A stretch of DNA of 62,808 nucleotides, counting the filler, from Stramenopiles sp. TOSAG23-2 (lineage: Eukaryota), in NCBI GenBank assembly GCA_900128395.1. It is 11 parts of 11 records of this genome, joined end to end, with 100 filler letters (N's around TTAATTAATTAA, not from the genome) between each part and the next. Parts side by side here need not be neighbours in the genome. Positions count along the whole stretch, not along the records: positions 57,211 to 62,808 come from LT650633.1; 10 more parts are not named here. The stretch is one strand, 5' to 3'. Below the pieces are notes generated by a model. It had not been told where the DNA came from. It was given only the letters and a program-made list of their open reading frames with translations, and ran no database searches. This document shows, in pieces, positions 57,677-62,808 of the stretch (position 1 is its first letter; each line of letters opens with the position of its first letter). A program made the translations under genes and the position numbers.

Positions 57677-58135
57677 TTGAGTTGTAAATTAACATCGAGG
57701 TCTTTCTATTGCATGGAAATAGCATTAGCTAACCAGCAAACCAACAATAATTTCAACATAATACATAAATCAAAAAGAAAGTGTAAGGACCGTATACGAC
57801 GAATTGTTGGTCAAAAATGGAATAACATCCAACAAATCAAGAAAAAATGCCATGTCAAAGACATCAGGTACAACGATGAACTTTTCTACTTACATATAAT
57901 TGTTGCCAATAGTAATAGGTTACAAAAGCATGTTGCACTTAAAAATGCTAATAAACCTGCAGAAATGTTAAAGAAGCAAATTGCGCAAGTGAAAAAAGCT
58001 ATCAGAGATGCAAAGAAAAGGGAAAAAGATGAACATAAGAAGGCGGCATTATCAGCTAAGAATAAGAAAAAAGGGGAGAACAGTATGACGAAATCATATT
58101 CATCTACTTCGTTATCTACGATATCGTCGACTTAA
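57677..58135 (+). CDS. Possible Lys-rich small protein or terminal exon (doubtful)
   Basis: 152-codon open frame with a charged C-terminus. No family recognised. Confidence 0.3.
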   Translation: MSCKLTSRSFYCMEIALANQQTNNNFNIIHKSKRKCKDRIRRIVGQKWNNIQQIKKKCHVKDIRYNDELFYLHIIVANSNRLQKHVALKNANKPAEMLKKQIAQVKKAIRDAKKREKDEHKKAALSAKNKKKGENSMTKSYSSTSLSTISST

Positions 58136-58682
58136 TCGAATTCTGATCAACGCGTATAATTTTCTAAGATATACGTTTGTTCCTTCTTTTTTTTTTTTTT
58201 TAATGGTTTCAAAATGAGTTATTGAATGGAGAACCATTTTGAAAAATTGTTGGAGATTTAATTTTGTAGAAAATTACTGTAGTCAATCACTTCATGGTTT
58301 TGTTTAGTCGAGCTTGCTCGACGCTCTCGAAAGAGAGTTGATACACTATGTTCCTACATATTTCTGTGTTTACTATTTGGGATATATAAAGTTATAGGTG
58401 AGTCATCATAAAACCTATACATCATTAAACATTTGTTTGAAAACAAATAATTTATGACATCTATATCATACAAAATGAAAAAAATGTAAAATAGATTGAG
58501 ATTATTATTAAATATTTTGAACAAATAAATACAACTTTTTGATAGCTTCGTAAAATAAAATGAAAAATATATACGAGGTGCGTAAATTAAAAAAAAATAA
58601 TTTTGGAAAAATACGACTCGTAGTGTTGTTTTTAGTTTTTCAAAAAAAATATACATACGCGCGCGCACCACCTTCACCGTTT

Positions 58683-61600
58683 TTAAGCCTTATCCCCCTC
58701 TTCAACAGCAACCTCTTTATCTTCTTCAACAGCATATGATTTATATATTGAATCAATATCACCTGCATATTTATCAATAGTATTATTTTTCAAATCTTCT
58801 AATCGTTCTGTTTTATATTTTTCATATGCTGCTTTCCTAGTTTCAACATTTTGATACATAATTTGTAAAAGATCTTTTGATGCAGCTGATTTTTCCTCCC
58901 AAGCAGTACGCATAGACGCAACTTTATCTTCCTTTAATACACTTGGTTTTGTTGTCTTATTCAAATCCATTACCACAGGTACAGATAATTGTGGCCTCTC
59001 ATTTACAGCTTGTACTAATCGTGCACGTCTTGTTTTCTCCATCTCTTGTTGCTCTTCATCTAATCCATCTAACCCATCAACTACTACTACTGACTCCTCT
59101 GTTTTAACTTCATCCTCTTTTTTGCTATCACTATTATTCGTGTTATTATTATTAATGTTTTGTTGTTGTTGTTGCGTCGTGAACAAAAAGTATGATCTTG
59201 TTGCTTTTGATAAAATAGCACGTCCTTCCTGTGCCTCCTCCCATGAAGCACGTATGCTTGCATCTGCTTTTTCTTGTGTAAGATCACGATTTAACCCAAC
59301 GCCATTTCCTCCGCAGATTACTCGTAAATTCCAAGTAAAATCGCTCGCTGTTTCATCACCAGGTTGTCCACTTGGATAATGATATGGGCGTCTTGATTTT
59401 AATTTATCATCAATGTAAAATAAACTTGGCAACAAAACACTTTCAACAATCACTTTGCCATTATATTCATTTTCCTCCTCAGATCCCGCTTCAACTGGCG
59501 CGGACGTTAATGGCACATCTAATAAATTTACAAACCCTCTTCCAGACTTTTCAATAATTGTTTCACTCGTAATCGGATTGATAATTCGTACCATCGCATA
59601 TGCAGCTGGATCAGACATCGTCAAGCGCATTGACCCTACTGTAGTATTCGTACTTTCATCTTCACCTGGGATAACATCGACAACATCACGTAATAGACGA
59701 TAATATTTATTTGGTATATATTGACTCTCAAAATCTTGAATGCTATTGATCGGAACTTCCGAAAATTCCATTAATTCACCTTTTGATATTAACGACAATT
59801 CCCAATTAAATGTTGGTAATGGTTGTGTGCCGCTTTGGCATACTAAATATACAGTGTAACCAGCTTCATTTATTGAAAAGCGACTGTTGTTAAATTTCAA
59901 TAACGGGCAACGGGTAATTTCTTTCGTATCATTATTCATCGTATATAGTGTTAAAAATCTCTTTAAAAATGGATTTTTGCACCATATGTGGCAACTTAAA
60001 TTCAAATCTTTATCTTCAGTGCTCGTATTTTTCTCCCCATCATCTTCGCCAACAGGAGGAGCACTAGCAGCTGAAAAGGTACATCGTTTTAAAATACTCC
60101 ATGAATTTGGAAAAACAACATTTTCACTTCTACCAGTTATAGTTTTAACAGTTGATTGTAATATTTCACTATTTAATGTTTGGAATGTATATTTTTCAAC
60201 TTGGCATTTGCAACTAATATTAATATGACAGCCTAGAACGGTAGTTGATACAACTTCATAAATTTCACCTTCCTCCGATATTGCTGATGGTAAATCAAAG
60301 TATCCAGACGTGATCGTGGATGTATTTAATTGCAATGCAATTGGACCAACTTTAAAATCTTTGCTCCATTTTCTAATAGAAATGGAAGATGATTTTGTTG
60401 CACTTGATACATGATCAGCAGATAACATAACCCAGACACGCATGTATGGCAACAAATTATTATCATTACCCTCCGTTTTTGCATTTTCTTCTTCTGTTGT
60501 TGGTGCTTCCTCGCTATCTTCCATTGTTGTTGGTTCTTTTTTCTTGGAAAAATATAAATATTGAGTATCTAGCCATTCAGTAGAACGTGGAGACCAAAAT
60601 CCAGGAGTTTCTGGTACGGTAACATTTGTCATTGAAGCGGTTTCTCCTTCAACAACTTCCGCATCACCACCTTGCCCCTCTGTATCTTCCTCTTCGTTCT
60701 GCACTTCAGCTTTTTTTTCTTCCCATGACCATTGCCAATGTTTACTAATTTCTTTTCTCTTTGGGAAAAATTTAGGATCATTAATATCAATAATCATATA
60801 CGTTCGGCGTGAAAATTCTTTAGCAACTTGTCCAATATTCATCCACCCATTTTCCAATTTACCATTATCCTTCAACCCAGTGCATAAACGTATTTCGCGA
60901 TCATCTGAAAAATCATCATCATCTTCATCCCTTTTTGCGGCTGCAATGGCAGCTTGTGCTGCAGCGACAATTTCAGGATCGTCGGAAATTAACCCAGCAA
61001 TATTTGAATCGTCATCCCCACCACGCGTTTCCATACATACATAACCACATCGCGCGTTGATTGAAGGATAAATAATATCATCCTCATCAGGTACATCTTC
61101 ATTTCGCTCTTCACCAGCATCTTCAGCAATATCAATTTCAACATTGGCATTGTTATGCCCAATCAAAACATACATGGCATTTGGTTTTTGTTCTATCGGG
61201 TCTACTTTTGCCTCTTCTTCCGCTTCCTCTTCTGTTGGTTCCTCTGGCCCTGCCAATGCCAACGCAGCTTCCTCTTCTAATTTTTGTGCTGCCATTTGGG
61301 CTTCCATTTCATCATCATCATCATCATCATCAAACAAACGAGGTGATCTTGGTGATTCGACATTTTCATCCTCGTATTCAATTTTCGTATGTGGAATGGC
61401 ATTTATTAATAATGGCCATCCAATGTTGTCGCTATGAATATCTTGTTGCAGACCAATTAATCCAGTTAAATGATGTAATAATTTCAAAGCATCGTACTGC
61501 TCCCAGTTGCCTCTAACAACAATTGATAATGCTTTTGATAAAATCAATGGCCACAATTCTTTATTATCGCTTGAACGACAATACAATGGTGCCCCGCTAT

Positions 61601-62759
61601 CACTTGCTACCGGCATGGTATCATCCACATCTACACGCCTCCATGCACCATTTACAAATAAACGAACAGAATATCTACCACCTGGATTGTATTTTGGCAA
61701 ACCATCTTCACCTTTAGGATAAATACTTTCCCATAAAAATGCACCTTTTGGTATTATATCCATGTCGGATATCATTTCTTCTTTTCTTTTTTTAGCAGCA
61801 GCCTCCTCTGCTTTTTTAGCAGCAATTTCCTCTTCACTAGGTTCTTCTTTAGTTTCTTCTTCCACGACATTTTGCATTTCTTCATCTCCTTTTTCTTCCG
61901 CTAATTTTTCATTTTTTGCATCTTCCTCATCTTTTAAAATACGTTCAACTTTTTCCTTAGCTAATGCGCTCATAGAATTTACCATATAAAAGACGGATTC
62001 CATCATTTTAGCTTGCCTTGTTAATCGTACAAAATTTCCTTCATCATCAACATTTGCTATATTTGCATCTAATTTTTGTGGCATGGAAAAGCGGGTATTT
62101 GTTTTTTTCTCTGCACCTTCCTCCGTCTCTTCTTCAGATGAAATTGCAACTTCAGTAATATTGTTATTATTATTACGAACAATAACGAAAGTTTTTTCAC
62201 TTTCCCCATTATTTGTCGTGCCTTCTTCTTCTTCTCCTTCCATATTATTATTTGTATCCTCTTCTCCTTCTTTAACAGTTTCTTCAGGATTTTCAACAAC
62301 AGCAAGCGTTGGTGCATCCATTTTTGCACTCCAATATGGCATTCCATTTAATTCTGAATCATCAATACGTTTCCAGTTAATAACTACTGATTGGTTATTA
62401 TTATTATTTGCATTTTCTTCACCACCATCTTGCTCTGTTTGTTGTTGTTCTTCCTCTAGTTCTTCTTTTGGCAATATTATTGGTGTATTTCCATAATCTG
62501 TATATTTATTTTCTGCAGTACCCCAATTAATTGCTGGTACACTTTCTGGGTCTTCTTCTTCCTCAGCAGTTTTACCTTCAAATATTTTGCCGTCCCATAA
62601 ATCAAAAACTGGTACTGGACTTAAACCATTAAACGTAATTGTTGAAATGTCGTTCTCTTTCAGTAGTTCCTTTGATGGCATAGCTTCTCTTATTATTGAA
62701 GCTTCCCTTGGATTGGCACCAGTTTCCTCCTCTGCTTCTGCATTTTTTTTTGGTGGCAT
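58683..62759 (-). CDS. ADGB: Androglobin-like protein (calpain-like + C2-like domains) without the globin/IQ insert
   Basis: YNPGGRYSVRLFVNGAWRRVDVDD, LWPLILSKAL, PNSWSILKRCTF, YIPNK...R..V and IRASWEEAQEGRA match androglobin blocks. ATG at 62759 (MPPKK). Confidence 0.8.
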   Translation of the reverse strand: MPPKKNAEAEEETGANPREASIIREAMPSKELLKENDISTITFNGLSPVPVFDLWDGKIFEGKTAEEEEDPESVPAINWGTAENKYTDYGNTPIILPKEELEEEQQQTEQDGGEENANNNNNQSVVINWKRIDDSELNGMPYWSAKMDAPTLAVVENPEETVKEGEEDTNNNMEGEEEEGTTNNGESEKTFVIVRNNNNNITEVAISSEEETEEGAEKKTNTRFSMPQKLDANIANVDDEGNFVRLTRQAKMMESVFYMVNSMSALAKEKVERILKDEEDAKNEKLAEEKGDEEMQNVVEEETKEEPSEEEIAAKKAEEAAAKKRKEEMISDMDIIPKGAFLWESIYPKGEDGLPKYNPGGRYSVRLFVNGAWRRVDVDDTMPVASDSGAPLYCRSSDNKELWPLILSKALSIVVRGNWEQYDALKLLHHLTGLIGLQQDIHSDNIGWPLLINAIPHTKIEYEDENVESPRSPRLFDDDDDDDEMEAQMAAQKLEEEAALALAGPEEPTEEEAEEEAKVDPIEQKPNAMYVLIGHNNANVEIDIAEDAGEERNEDVPDEDDIIYPSINARCGYVCMETRGGDDDSNIAGLISDDPEIVAAAQAAIAAAKRDEDDDDFSDDREIRLCTGLKDNGKLENGWMNIGQVAKEFSRRTYMIIDINDPKFFPKRKEISKHWQWSWEEKKAEVQNEEEDTEGQGGDAEVVEGETASMTNVTVPETPGFWSPRSTEWLDTQYLYFSKKKEPTTMEDSEEAPTTEEENAKTEGNDNNLLPYMRVWVMLSADHVSSATKSSSISIRKWSKDFKVGPIALQLNTSTITSGYFDLPSAISEEGEIYEVVSTTVLGCHINISCKCQVEKYTFQTLNSEILQSTVKTITGRSENVVFPNSWSILKRCTFSAASAPPVGEDDGEKNTSTEDKDLNLSCHIWCKNPFLKRFLTLYTMNNDTKEITRCPLLKFNNSRFSINEAGYTVYLVCQSGTQPLPTFNWELSLISKGELMEFSEVPINSIQDFESQYIPNKYYRLLRDVVDVIPGEDESTNTTVGSMRLTMSDPAAYAMVRIINPITSETIIEKSGRGFVNLLDVPLTSAPVEAGSEEENEYNGKVIVESVLLPSLFYIDDKLKSRRPYHYPSGQPGDETASDFTWNLRVICGGNGVGLNRDLTQEKADASIRASWEEAQEGRAILSKATRSYFLFTTQQQQQNINNNNTNNSDSKKEDEVKTEESVVVVDGLDGLDEEQQEMEKTRRARLVQAVNERPQLSVPVVMDLNKTTKPSVLKEDKVASMRTAWEEKSAASKDLLQIMYQNVETRKAAYEKYKTERLEDLKNNTIDKYAGDIDSIYKSYAVEEDKEVAVEEGDKA

Positions 62760-62762
62760 CTT

Positions 62763-62797
<35 letters not shown>

Positions 62798-62808
62798 TAA
62801 TATATTCT

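Noticed and set aside
1-62808. tRNA, rRNA, snRNA, transposase or reverse transcriptase genes; alternative genetic code
   Set aside because: None recognised by eye, and conserved genes end at TAA, TAG and TGA as expected. tRNAscan-SE and Rfam scans would be needed to exclude RNA genes formally.

Overview
AT-rich, intron-poor eukaryotic nuclear DNA in the standard code. Flagellar genes (CFAP92-like, androglobin-like) and poly-Asn tracts suggest a flagellated protist; a marine stramenopile-type SAG/MAG is plausible but is only inference. The window is not contiguous. It is 11 unrelated contigs of about 5.6 kb, sorted by decreasing length and joined by ten artificial 100-bp N..TTAATTAATTAA..N linkers, so gene neighbourhoods mean something only within a contig and many edge genes are truncated. 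Recognisable genes: GEMIN2 (partial), ARMC6, CFAP92-like, a HECT E3 ligase, a three-exon MFS transporter, ATP synthase epsilon, NECAP, NOB1 (partial), an SCC3/STAG C-terminal fragment, MFSD5, ALKBH1-like, a beta-lactamase-fold hydrolase, a two-exon SDR and an androglobin-like protein. Most notable observations: (1) a mosaic 4.1-kb ORF (tail-fibre-like repeats + PAN + OTU + ankyrin) that starts with a diverged inverted copy of the adjacent, 5'-truncated SCC3 fragment; (2) a tandem [GGCT + cytochrome-b5/MAPR-like] x2 protein; (3) an androglobin-like protein lacking the globin/IQ insert; (4) non-coding patterns, namely a dispersed ~80-bp element and TCGTA/TACGA clusters downstream of genes, ACACAGCA motifs upstream of genes, and a TIR-bounded element carrying a 35-bp array. 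Family calls come from motif recognition by eye; no searches were run.
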